The notes beneath the pieces are model-generated. The model searched no databases. It saw nothing but the letters and a program-made list of their open reading frames with translations, and was not told the DNA's origin. This document shows positions 41,729 through 51,191 of a stretch of DNA of 64,000 nt, one piece after another (within the stretch, counting starts at the first letter, position 1; each line of letters starts with the position of its first letter). The position numbers and the translations under genes were made by a program. Origin of the DNA: a virus; the IMG/VR virus record IMGVR_UViG_3300044608_002890, one strand, 5' to 3'.

Positions 41729-41757
41729 AAATAATTTAACCCCTTCTACTATTTATG
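41726..41757. promoter_or_regulatory. Divergent pair of late promoters
   Basis: CATAAATA on + (41726-33) and on - (41750-57) between gene 4 and gene 48. Confidence 0.6.
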
Positions 41758-41764
41758 GCGACTC

Positions 41765-43003
41765 ATGGAAAATTCCAATTACAGAAGTGCCGACTATGCC
41801 AAACGCAAAGAACTCGATGATCGACGTCGATTCATTAATCAAACAACAGGATCTTCTGAAGCTTCGATTTCTACTGGCAAGTATAACATTGGCACCTTGA
41901 GTTTTCCGGAAAATGTAAACAGCGATGATTTTCCACACTATGTAAGTTTTTACATCAACATACGTGGCAAATCAAAATTTAATACAGAAAACCGTTTCAA
42001 AGAGCAGGCCATAACCAGACCGCCTGATGCTGGTCTCACTCCTGATGAAATCGGCAGAGCCATTAACATCACTGCAGCCGGAGCAGGAGCGGTTCTTGGT
42101 GTTGGAGCGGTTAAAAAATTTGCTAGTCTTAAGTCCGGCCAACAGGTCAAGAAAGCTGGCGGCACACAACAGCAGGTTGATCTGGCCAGTAAAAATGCAA
42201 AAACCAGTGGAGCGGCTCAGACTGCCGGAGGCATAGCCGGAGGAGCTGCTGGTCTTGGTGTAAGCTGGTTGGCACAAAAGGCCGGGCCTGACATTCTTAA
42301 ACCCGATCAAAGCTATAGAATAAGCGATGTAATTACTCTAGCCGTACAGGAACCACCATCGGTAAGCTATGATGCCAAGTACAATGATACTGCACTAGGA
42401 ACCATTTTTGGTGCTTTGGGTAAAACCGCAGGTGCGTTGGAACAGGGTCGAGCAGCTGGCCTGGCCGCCGAAGCCGGAGTTTTGGGGTTAAGTGCTCTGG
42501 CTGGCGCAGCCATAGGTGCTAAACTACAGGGTACATTGGGTGGTGCCATAGGCGGTGCCATGGCAGCTGGCGGTGTCACAGGAGCAGCCGCACAGGCCAT
42601 GACTAAAATGAAAACCAACCCTTTTAGGGAAATGTTATTTGAACAAATTGACTACAGAGCCTTTAAATTCAATTACAGATTTTTACCAAAGAATCAATAC
42701 GAGGTTGATAATATAAAACGTATCATTGACATGTTCAAGTTTCATATGCATCCTGAATTAAGCACTGGAAATTTATTTTTTATCTACCCCGCAGAGTTTC
42801 AGATTGTTTATTTTTATAAGGGCCAGGAAAATACGTATTTTCATAAAATAGCTCCCAGCGCGCTGACCAATTTAAGTGTGAATTATGGTGGAGCCGGAGG
42901 CATGAGTAGTTTTCATGATGGAACGCCCACTGAGATAAACATGTCGTTATCGTTCCAAGAAATGGAACTGCTCACCAAAGAAAAAGTACAACTCGGATAT
43001 TAA
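41765..43003 (+). CDS. 48: Baseplate tail-tube cap gp48
   Basis: NPF.E.LF....R.F.F.Y.F.PKN..E...I..I...FK.HMHP, YP.EF.I. Confidence 0.88.
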   Translation: MENSNYRSADYAKRKELDDRRRFINQTTGSSEASISTGKYNIGTLSFPENVNSDDFPHYVSFYINIRGKSKFNTENRFKEQAITRPPDAGLTPDEIGRAINITAAGAGAVLGVGAVKKFASLKSGQQVKKAGGTQQQVDLASKNAKTSGAAQTAGGIAGGAAGLGVSWLAQKAGPDILKPDQSYRISDVITLAVQEPPSVSYDAKYNDTALGTIFGALGKTAGALEQGRAAGLAAEAGVLGLSALAGAAIGAKLQGTLGGAIGGAMAAGGVTGAAAQAMTKMKTNPFREMLFEQIDYRAFKFNYRFLPKNQYEVDNIKRIIDMFKFHMHPELSTGNLFFIYPAEFQIVYFYKGQENTYFHKIAPSALTNLSVNYGGAGGMSSFHDGTPTEINMSLSFQEMELLTKEKVQLGY

Positions 43004-43004
43004 C

Positions 43005-43733
43005 ATGGCCTATTTCGAATATTTCCCGGCTTTGTATTATACGCTCGATAACAACAAGACCGGACAAGTTGTACAGGACATTTTTAGACGAATTGCCATC
43101 AGCGAAGCTGTTAAAAATCAAAATGTTCTCTACGAGCTTTATAGCATTCAAGATGGGGATACACCAGAAATTTTGGCTGATAGATTCTATGATGATCCTG
43201 GGCTTTATTGGGTCATATTATTATGTAATGAAATACTAGACCCAAGATTTGCCTGGCCCATGGACTGGTACAGACTAGAAAAATACATAGAACGCAAATA
43301 TCCTAGCAACTTGTTTTTAGCAGCCAATGTATCCCATTTTTTTAACATTGGCGAGACTGTTAGTACAAATGATGGTAGCGCCAGAGTCATACACACAGAT
43401 GGCAATAAATTATCTGTCATCAACGTATCCGGTACGTTCGCAGCCAATGGTGCCAATTTAACTGGTCAGGTAGGCGGAGCTGTTGCTGTGTTACCATTTA
43501 CTGGAACAGTATTTGAAAACGGACCCGAGGCAGTACACCATTATGAATATACCGCTAATGGCACGTATGTTGATAGCATAACCTGGAATTCAGGCAATCA
43601 ACTTAACATGGAAGCAGTTTCCAACAGGCTGTATGAGATTCGTAACAATGATTCGCTCAGAGATATAAGGATTTTAAAACCTGAATTTGTACCTAGGTTT
43701 CTAGCAGAGTTCAAGAAGGCCATTGATCAATGA
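43005..43733 (+). CDS. 53: Baseplate wedge protein gp53 (LysM-like)
   Basis: YF..FP...Y, Y.I.DGDTPE.LA..FY....L.WVILL.N, HHYE, R.I.ILKP. Confidence 0.9.
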   Translation: MAYFEYFPALYYTLDNNKTGQVVQDIFRRIAISEAVKNQNVLYELYSIQDGDTPEILADRFYDDPGLYWVILLCNEILDPRFAWPMDWYRLEKYIERKYPSNLFLAANVSHFFNIGETVSTNDGSARVIHTDGNKLSVINVSGTFAANGANLTGQVGGAVAVLPFTGTVFENGPEAVHHYEYTANGTYVDSITWNSGNQLNMEAVSNRLYEIRNNDSLRDIRILKPEFVPRFLAEFKKAIDQ

Positions 43734-45094
43734 AAGTTAGTGCGGTTTTAGAAAATCCTGGTGATGTAAACATCGAGCAAATGCTACTGGTCAGCACAAG
43801 AAATTTTGTGGTCGACCTCGATGATTACTTTGTCGAATTTAACCTTTACGAAGAAATTTTTAGTCCGGGCATGACTGGTTCTTTGGTCATAAGCGACAGT
43901 CGAAACCTCATAACCGAAATGCCCATAGTTGGTGATGAACTTTTAATGGTCAAATTTACTACACCAACATTCCCAAGCAGCATTCAGAAAACCTTTAGAA
44001 TAACCGGCATCACCGATAAGCACATTGTTCGTGGTCAAAATACACAGCTCTATACCTTAAATTTTTGTAGCCAGGAAATGGTTCTGGACATGAACTACCC
44101 AATCTACAAAAGTTTCGAAGGCAGCATAGACGACGTAGTCGTTAAAATTTTTGAAGATTATGTTGCCATGAGTCGTTCGTTGGATGCAACCGAAGCTCGT
44201 GATAGGATAGTTGAAAGCATCGAAGATACACCCCTGAAAATACTCACCGAAACCAAGAACAAAGTTAAATTTGTGAGTCCTGGATGGACGGCATTTCGTT
44301 GCATCAACTGGCTGGCCAGCAAGGCTTTACCCAAAGAAGGCAAGGCTTGCAATTTCATGTTCTGGGAAAGCAATAAATGTTTTTATTTTGCTGCGCTGGA
44401 AACAATTTTTAGAGATGTCTATCGTGACAAACGCTATGTTGGTGAATATACCTATGCCCAAAGCAATCTCAGGGAGGGCCCTAGTCGCGACATACAAAGA
44501 GAGATGTTTCTGACCGATAGCATAGAAAACATTGTTACTGTTGATCATGCGAAAAACTATACCAGTGGTTATTTGGCCAATAGACTCATTGAACTCGACG
44601 TAATGAATAAAAAGTATGAAGTCATTGACTATGATCATTCTTTGAGTTTTAACGAATACCATCATATGTCTGGCCAGACTGAAAAAGAAGCATTGCCATT
44701 TTTTGCATACAATACCTTGCGTAATCCCTTGTGTGATATTAGCTATTATCCCAAACACCCCAAGTTATTTGATGATTTTGATGAAAATGTAAACGAAGTC
44801 TATAAGGATGTGCATGGCAATCGCCGAAGCAATCTTCTGGAACTAGATACTTTTAAGCTCATCATGCATGTTCCCGGAAGAACAGATGTTGAATGTGGTC
44901 AGATGATACTACTAAACTATCCCATGATTGCTCCAAGAGATCAGAACGATAAAAGCAAATCTAAACTAGATCCTTTGTACTCAGGGCCCTATCTAATTAC
45001 TGCCATTCGTCATCAGATAAATCCTGTAAGACATAAAATGATTGTAGAATTGACCAAAGACAGTTTAACTGGGCAAAGTAATGAATCCAAATAG
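43730..45094 (+). CDS. Probable baseplate hub (gp27-like)
   Basis: Position between 53 and 5; F.FWE....F.F, VPGR.....G, YSG.YLITAIRH. Confidence 0.6.
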   Translation: MKVSAVLENPGDVNIEQMLLVSTRNFVVDLDDYFVEFNLYEEIFSPGMTGSLVISDSRNLITEMPIVGDELLMVKFTTPTFPSSIQKTFRITGITDKHIVRGQNTQLYTLNFCSQEMVLDMNYPIYKSFEGSIDDVVVKIFEDYVAMSRSLDATEARDRIVESIEDTPLKILTETKNKVKFVSPGWTAFRCINWLASKALPKEGKACNFMFWESNKCFYFAALETIFRDVYRDKRYVGEYTYAQSNLREGPSRDIQREMFLTDSIENIVTVDHAKNYTSGYLANRLIELDVMNKKYEVIDYDHSLSFNEYHHMSGQTEKEALPFFAYNTLRNPLCDISYYPKHPKLFDDFDENVNEVYKDVHGNRRSNLLELDTFKLIMHVPGRTDVECGQMILLNYPMIAPRDQNDKSKSKLDPLYSGPYLITAIRHQINPVRHKMIVELTKDSLTGQSNESK

Positions 45095-46205
45095 TCATAT
45101 TTTTAATCGCGATGGTTTTAATTGGTGGATTGGCGTAGTAGAAGATCGCAATGATCCAGAAAAGATGGGTCGTTGCAAGGTTCGTATCTTTGGGTATCAT
45201 ACCGATGACAAAGATGATTTACCCATCAAGGATCTTCCCTGGGCCTGGCCTATTCAGCCCATAACCAGTGCAGGCATAAGTGGTAAGGGCACAAGTCCAC
45301 TGGGACCCTTGCCGGGATCATGGGTAGTAGGTTGGTTTTTAGATGGCAAGGACATGCAACAGCCTGCATTTTTTGGTGTTATTTCAGCCAGAGCTGGAGA
45401 AATGACGTTTGACCCGTCAAACGATGATAAACCCAAAACAGACCAACCTGATACTACCACCAATCCCAACGATGGCTTTCTGAGGGATAGCCAGGGTGAA
45501 ATAGTAAGAGATTCACAGGGCGACCCTATACGCACAGGTAAACCACCAGTGCCTGGCTGGGAACTGGGCAAAACCAGCGAAAGATTTGAAAGTGGCGGTC
45601 GTGGTCCAGGAACCATAAATGATTACAATGGCAAGTCATCTGGAGATTTTGGTGGTGCCAGTTATGGCATTTATCAGCTTGCCAGTTATTTGCCAGCAGT
45701 ATCTGGCAATGGCAAAAGTAGACCGTCGGCCAAGGGCAGCCCATTGGAAACCTATGTGAAACGCAGTAAATATGCCAATGAATTCAAAGGACTTGCACCT
45801 GCCACTCCTGAATTTGATAATAAATGGAAAGAAATAGCCAGTAACGAAGCTAATGATTTTAGAAAAGACCAACACGATTTTATAAAATCTAGATACTATG
45901 ACGTCATGGTCACCAATCTCAAACGTTATGGTTTCAATGCAGACAAATACGGACCTGGTGTGCAGGATCTAATCTGGAGCACTGCAGTGCAACTAGGCCC
46001 AACCAACACCAGCGTGTTCACTGAACCGTTGAGCGGCAAAAGTACGTTGACTGATAAAGATGTTATCAATCTAGTTAGCGAATACAAAAAAGCACGAGTG
46101 CCAGTGTTGTTTAAAAGTTCTAGTGCAAGTATCCAAGAAGGTGTCAAATCTAGGTACGAAAGCGAAAAGATTGCTTTACTAAAGTTGTCTGAAGGCCAAG
46201 CATGA
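45081..46205 (+). CDS. 5: gp5 N-terminal OB-fold fused to VgrG3-C-like peptidoglycan hydrolase
   Basis: F.WW.GVVEDR.DP...GR.KVR..G.H...LPWA; C-half LG..S..FESG..GPG.I...D.GG.SYG.YQLAS. Confidence 0.8.
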   Translation: MNPNSHIFNRDGFNWWIGVVEDRNDPEKMGRCKVRIFGYHTDDKDDLPIKDLPWAWPIQPITSAGISGKGTSPLGPLPGSWVVGWFLDGKDMQQPAFFGVISARAGEMTFDPSNDDKPKTDQPDTTTNPNDGFLRDSQGEIVRDSQGDPIRTGKPPVPGWELGKTSERFESGGRGPGTINDYNGKSSGDFGGASYGIYQLASYLPAVSGNGKSRPSAKGSPLETYVKRSKYANEFKGLAPATPEFDNKWKEIASNEANDFRKDQHDFIKSRYYDVMVTNLKRYGFNADKYGPGVQDLIWSTAVQLGPTNTSVFTEPLSGKSTLTDKDVINLVSEYKKARVPVLFKSSSASIQEGVKSRYESEKIALLKLSEGQA

Positions 46206-48601
46206 TTGAAAATACCAACATATTAAACCAACAGGTCCAGAAACAAGTCATTGCCTGGATCTTGGCCAACAGGGACCGAGTTGGTTTGGAAAGCGTACCT
46301 GAGGGCACGTTATCTTCGACTCTTGAGCGCATTCTACCGGGCATAGTCAGTACCTATACTGGGGATGTTTATGCTCATACAAATCAGAGTCTAAACCAAG
46401 GTCCCAGAGAATTACTGGGTACTGCAAATCCATTCAATACCCTTACACAGAATCAAAATTTAAGTACTATTACAAATGCTGTATTCAGCAGACTGGGTAC
46501 CAGCGGAACATCATTTTTACAGAACAATTTTGTGGGTAGCATGGTCAATGGCCTGCAGGGCAATTTAGGTAATTCTGGTAACAACATAAACTTTGCATTG
46601 CTTTCGGCATCAATATCATCGCTCATAGGTCCATTGTTCACAAAACTTAATTCAGATGTTGGTGGCAATTTCATAGATGGTGTACTTCAAGGTGGCTTTG
46701 AGGTTGATGCTTTTTTGGAAGCCGATAGCTATACCTTTGGAGAAATAACTGACCCCGACACCGATCTCGAAGAATTGGATTTAGATTATACCAAAAACGC
46801 AACAGAAACTTTTCTCAATCAGGCCAAACAATTTGACATACAGGACAATGACAATCTTGAAAAACTCAATGTAGTGCGTGAAGGATTTGTTGATCCAACC
46901 GCAACATATCCTACCAAAGAATATGCCAATGGCAGCGAAGTAAATAAATTAGCTCAAGGCGAACCAACCAGCAGTTTGGTGCAGGCCAAGAACAATAGGC
47001 TCATGAAGGCTGCTCCTTTGCCAGGAGAAAATTATTTCAATGAACCACCCAGTGCCTACAAGGCCGAGTATCCCTATAATAAGGTCACTGAAACTGAAAG
47101 TGGTCATATCATAGAGATTGACGATACGCCTGGATCGGAACGCATACATGTATACCACAAGGCTGGCACCTACATAGAGATCGATCGCGATGGGAATACT
47201 GTTTTTAGACGCAAAGGATCAGACTATCAGATCATAGACAAAAATGGCTATGTTAGCGTGGCCGGTCATTTAAACCTAAGTGTGGCTGGTAGTGTAAATC
47301 TATTTGCTGGCAACAACGCCAATGTAGAAATCATAGGCGATGCTAAGTTAACCGTACACAACGATTTTGTGCTCGAAAGCGGTGGTAACATCAACATAAG
47401 TGCTGCTGATACCATCAGTATGCGTTCTGCCAACATTAGAATAGAAGCCGACAATGATTTTGATCTTCAGGTAGATCGAGTCTTTAAACAACGCGCCAAC
47501 GTTATTCATAGCATCAGTCAAGAAGAAACCTATGTTGAAGTGGGTGCAGATTACAACATGACCGGTAATGCTAAGGCTGCAATCTATTTCCAAGACAACT
47601 ATAAGATCAAATCCGATAAAAAAATTCAGCAGCAGGCCAAACAGGGCATAGAACAAAAGTCCGATGGACCCATAACCAGCAAATCACCGGCCGGCGGTCT
47701 AAGCATGAGTGCCACTGGCCTAGATCTTCGTAGCACAGGTGCGTTGAACATAGATGCAACCAGCATAAACATGCAGGACAATCAGGCGCCAGCTCTGTCA
47801 GGTTTTGATTTTGGTAATTTAGATACACCAACTAGACCAGAGGGTGCACGTAATAGCTTCGCTGGTGTATTAGTAGGTAGAAAAGATTTTGTTGGCATCA
47901 AAGTCGAAGATAGTCAGGCCATAAGCATAGCCGACAAATACTGCATAGATGCCGAAGAACAAGCTGATGATCCTGAAACCAAAAAAGCTCTTAGAGACAA
48001 GCTCATAAGCAGCGGTTTAGCAACTGAGGCTGATTTGGATAAAACGCCCGTAGAGCAGAGCGACAAAAAAGATGTAAAAACCGGCAACAATCAAATTGTA
48101 CCGCCCAGTGACTTCTGTTTAGGCCTATCCGAAGCGCCCGATGGATTCAAACTCAGTCCTAACTTCACTCTAGGCCAACTAACATCCAGATCGGCCTGCA
48201 GTGCAACACCACTTCAGGCACAATTGGGCATGAGCTATGGCCAACTGTTACAGAATCTTCAGGCCGTAGCCCTCAATGTATGTGAGCCTGTATTCAATCT
48301 GTATCCCAACATGTACATAACCAGCGGTTTTAGGTTGATGGGCAGCAACCCAACCAGCCAGCATCCCAAAGGACAGGCTGTTGACATTCAATTCAAGGGC
48401 ATAGCTGCCAGTGAATATTTTAAAATAGCCAATCTTTTAGCACAGGCACTTAATTACGACCAATTGCTGTTGGAATATTCTAATTATACAAAAAATCCTT
48501 GGATTCACATAAGTTTCAGCCATAATAGTAAGAATCGCAATCAGGTTCTTACTTTTTGGAACAATAAGACTCACAGCCAGGGATTGGTGCAGCTAGCATG
48601 A
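46202..48601 (+). CDS. gp5 C-terminal part: linker, beta-helix spike and peptidase M15-like domain
   Basis: YPYN.V.ETESGH..EIDDTPG.ERI...H..G..; VxGxxxxx repeats; LS.NF.L, SG.R, SQH..GQA.D, W.H.S. Confidence 0.85.
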   Translation: MIENTNILNQQVQKQVIAWILANRDRVGLESVPEGTLSSTLERILPGIVSTYTGDVYAHTNQSLNQGPRELLGTANPFNTLTQNQNLSTITNAVFSRLGTSGTSFLQNNFVGSMVNGLQGNLGNSGNNINFALLSASISSLIGPLFTKLNSDVGGNFIDGVLQGGFEVDAFLEADSYTFGEITDPDTDLEELDLDYTKNATETFLNQAKQFDIQDNDNLEKLNVVREGFVDPTATYPTKEYANGSEVNKLAQGEPTSSLVQAKNNRLMKAAPLPGENYFNEPPSAYKAEYPYNKVTETESGHIIEIDDTPGSERIHVYHKAGTYIEIDRDGNTVFRRKGSDYQIIDKNGYVSVAGHLNLSVAGSVNLFAGNNANVEIIGDAKLTVHNDFVLESGGNINISAADTISMRSANIRIEADNDFDLQVDRVFKQRANVIHSISQEETYVEVGADYNMTGNAKAAIYFQDNYKIKSDKKIQQQAKQGIEQKSDGPITSKSPAGGLSMSATGLDLRSTGALNIDATSINMQDNQAPALSGFDFGNLDTPTRPEGARNSFAGVLVGRKDFVGIKVEDSQAISIADKYCIDAEEQADDPETKKALRDKLISSGLATEADLDKTPVEQSDKKDVKTGNNQIVPPSDFCLGLSEAPDGFKLSPNFTLGQLTSRSACSATPLQAQLGMSYGQLLQNLQAVALNVCEPVFNLYPNMYITSGFRLMGSNPTSQHPKGQAVDIQFKGIAASEYFKIANLLAQALNYDQLLLEYSNYTKNPWIHISFSHNSKNRNQVLTFWNNKTHSQGLVQLA

Positions 48602-48903
48602 CGGTTAGAGTGGCATGTCAGGGTGACAGTATTACTGCAGGTGTTCAGTATGTCATAACCAGGGCCGGGCAAAATACTGTTCGCATCAACAACAGACTAG
48701 TGGCCGTAGCCGATCCCAGCGGTGCTGCTCAGGTATCCAACCATCCAGGTGGGCACAACAACATAAAGATTGCTTCGGGTAGCAGCACCATTTTTATAGC
48801 CGGCAAGCCCTTGGCGCGAGCTGGCGACCCATTGACCTGCGGTACTCACGCTATTTCAAGTACCACGGGCACAATACTAAGTACTACGGTATTCACGTCC
48901 TAG
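48598..48903 (+). CDS. 5.4: PAAR spike-tip protein (gp5.4-like)
   Basis: A..GD, TV.IN...A, GS.T.FI.GKP.AR.GD...CG. Confidence 0.85.
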   Translation: MTVRVACQGDSITAGVQYVITRAGQNTVRINNRLVAVADPSGAAQVSNHPGGHNNIKIASGSSTIFIAGKPLARAGDPLTCGTHAISSTTGTILSTTVFTS

Positions 48904-48909
48904 AATCAC

Positions 48910-48917
48910 AATAAATA
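48910..48917 (+). promoter_or_regulatory. T4-type late promoter
   Basis: AATAAATA upstream of gene 25. Confidence 0.55.
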
Positions 48918-48921
48918 ATAG

Positions 48922-49311
48922 ATGTCAAGAGCTACCAGAACCTATTCCGATTTAGATTTCGCTTTCAGTCGTGCGGCTAACAATGATCTAGCTGTAAAAT
49001 ACGATGAAAACGCCATCAAACAGTCTGTTAGAAATCTTGTTCTAACAGCTAACTACGAACGCCCTTTTCATCCTGAAATAGGTTGTCAGGCACATGGTTT
49101 GCTATTTGAGAATTTTACACCCATAACTGAGCAAATTGTTAGGCAGACTGTGTATGATGTGCTTACCAAGTTCGAAGGCAGAATCTATGTGCTTGACATC
49201 AAAACCAATGCTTTGCAGGATGACAACCAGCTACAGGTTTCTGTGACTTTTAGATTTAGAAACGATCCAAACCCTATTACAGTAAATACATTCCTCAGTA
49301 GAGTTCGCTAA
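48922..49311 (+). CDS. 25: Baseplate wedge protein gp25
   Basis: YSDLD..F, AIKQS.RNL.LT...ERPF.P.IG, LFEN. Confidence 0.95.
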   Translation: MSRATRTYSDLDFAFSRAANNDLAVKYDENAIKQSVRNLVLTANYERPFHPEIGCQAHGLLFENFTPITEQIVRQTVYDVLTKFEGRIYVLDIKTNALQDDNQLQVSVTFRFRNDPNPITVNTFLSRVR

Positions 49312-51191
49312 TGGCCAATCTAAGAGTAACAGAGTTAGATTTTGATACCATCAAGAATAATCTCAAAGAATTTTTGAAGGATCAGGATACCCTAAACAGC
49401 TATGATTACGAAGGTAGCGCACTTAGTGTTCTATTAGATCTTCTCAGCTATAATACACATTACAATGCCTACTTGGCCAACATGCTGGCCAATGAAATGT
49501 TCTTGGACAGTGCAGTCAAAAGAGAAAGCGCTGTAAGCATCGCCCGTCATTTGGGATTTACTCCCAGAAGCACACGTGGTGCAGTAGCCACGGTTAATTT
49601 TACCATTGTTGATAACACTACAACATCACCAGAAGCTACACTTGAACGCTATAGTGTTTTTAATTTTTCCATCAATGGTAAATCCTATCCCTTTGTAAAC
49701 GAAGAAGCAAAATCGGTTTTTAATGTTGGTGGTGCTTATGCTTTTTTGAATGTTAAACTCAAGCAAGGTACTCCAGAAATATTTCGATATACTGTGACCA
49801 ATCCAGGTCCCGATGAGAAATATGTCATACCCAATGATAATGTTGATACATCCAGTATCTTGGTGTCTGTGCAGACTAGTTCAACAGATACTACTACCAA
49901 TACCTATAAGGTAGCTACCAGCATAGATGGCATTGATGGTACTGCCAGAAATGGCCGTTATTGTTTTCTAGAAGAGAATCAATTTGGTCGATACCAACTG
50001 TATTTTGGTGATGGTGTTGTTGGCTACAAGTTATCAGCAGGCAACATAGTAACCATAGAGTACTTGATTTCGCAGGGCAGTGCTTGCAATAGTTTACCCA
50101 CCGAAGAACTAGCTTTTACATTGTCATCAGTCCCCACAAACCTTACTACCAGTACCATTACTTCAAGAAGCGTTTTGAGTAGGCCGGCCTATGGTGCCAA
50201 CAAACAAACCATCAAAGAAATTAAATTTTTGGCACCTTTAATTAGATCTGCAGCAGATCGTGCAGTGACTGGCAATGACTATGGTGCTCTGATTACCAGC
50301 CTTAAACCCCAGATAGAAAGCGTAAGCGTTTGGGGCGGTGAGGAAAATGATCCACCAGTCTATGGTAAAATATTCATCAGTGCCAAACCCACAACTGGTC
50401 TTGTGCTTGATGAAGCCACCAAAGATGAAATAAAATTTGATATCCTGGCCAAAAGAAAAGTATTAGCCATTACACCTGAGATAGTAGACCCAGAGTACTT
50501 GCATCTAGGTCTAGATGTACGTGTCAAATATAATAGCAATGTCTCGGGCAGCAGCGCATCAAAACTTCAGAGTCTCATAAGATTAAAAACAGAAAATTAT
50601 TTTGATACTGAACTTGAAAAATTCAACAAGGCATTCATTTACTACAAATATCTAAATGAACTTGATGGTTTGGATGATAGTATTACAAGTATTCTCGTTG
50701 GTCTAAAAATTCAGAGACGTTTGGATCCCAGACTCAATGTTGCCAATGAGTATAGTAACTTCAACAACATCAAGATGTACAATCGTATTCATCCCAACAG
50801 CGTCCGAAGTACATACTTTACTATACTAGATCTTGACAACATCATAAAGACTGTATACTTCAGAGACAACGCTGGCAATCCACCCAATTACAATGGCACC
50901 GGGGAGTTAGAACTCTGGCAAGTGGATGAAAGTAACAATACTTCGTTTTTGTTGTTGCCCAAACAGGGCATGGTGAACTATGCTACCGGTGAAATAAGCA
51001 CCAAACAGTTTACACCACGAGGTTTTAGGGGCAGCATAGGTGATTTAAGATTCATGGCTGATGTTCAAGAAAGTAATTATGATGTACAGGTTGTAAGAAA
51101 TGTGCTTCTGACACTTGATGATAGCCCGTTCATACCATTGTCGGGTCTGAAACCTGGTTTAAATATTTCAGTCATAGCTGTCAGCGAATAA
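49311..51191 (+). CDS. 6: Baseplate wedge protein gp6
   Basis: LDFD.IK.NLK.FL, YD.EGS.LS.LLD.L.YNTHY, FGDGV.G, RAVT..DY, WGGE.N.PP.YGK. Confidence 0.95.
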   Translation: MANLRVTELDFDTIKNNLKEFLKDQDTLNSYDYEGSALSVLLDLLSYNTHYNAYLANMLANEMFLDSAVKRESAVSIARHLGFTPRSTRGAVATVNFTIVDNTTTSPEATLERYSVFNFSINGKSYPFVNEEAKSVFNVGGAYAFLNVKLKQGTPEIFRYTVTNPGPDEKYVIPNDNVDTSSILVSVQTSSTDTTTNTYKVATSIDGIDGTARNGRYCFLEENQFGRYQLYFGDGVVGYKLSAGNIVTIEYLISQGSACNSLPTEELAFTLSSVPTNLTTSTITSRSVLSRPAYGANKQTIKEIKFLAPLIRSAADRAVTGNDYGALITSLKPQIESVSVWGGEENDPPVYGKIFISAKPTTGLVLDEATKDEIKFDILAKRKVLAITPEIVDPEYLHLGLDVRVKYNSNVSGSSASKLQSLIRLKTENYFDTELEKFNKAFIYYKYLNELDGLDDSITSILVGLKIQRRLDPRLNVANEYSNFNNIKMYNRIHPNSVRSTYFTILDLDNIIKTVYFRDNAGNPPNYNGTGELELWQVDESNNTSFLLLPKQGMVNYATGEISTKQFTPRGFRGSIGDLRFMADVQESNYDVQVVRNVLLTLDDSPFIPLSGLKPGLNISVIAVSE

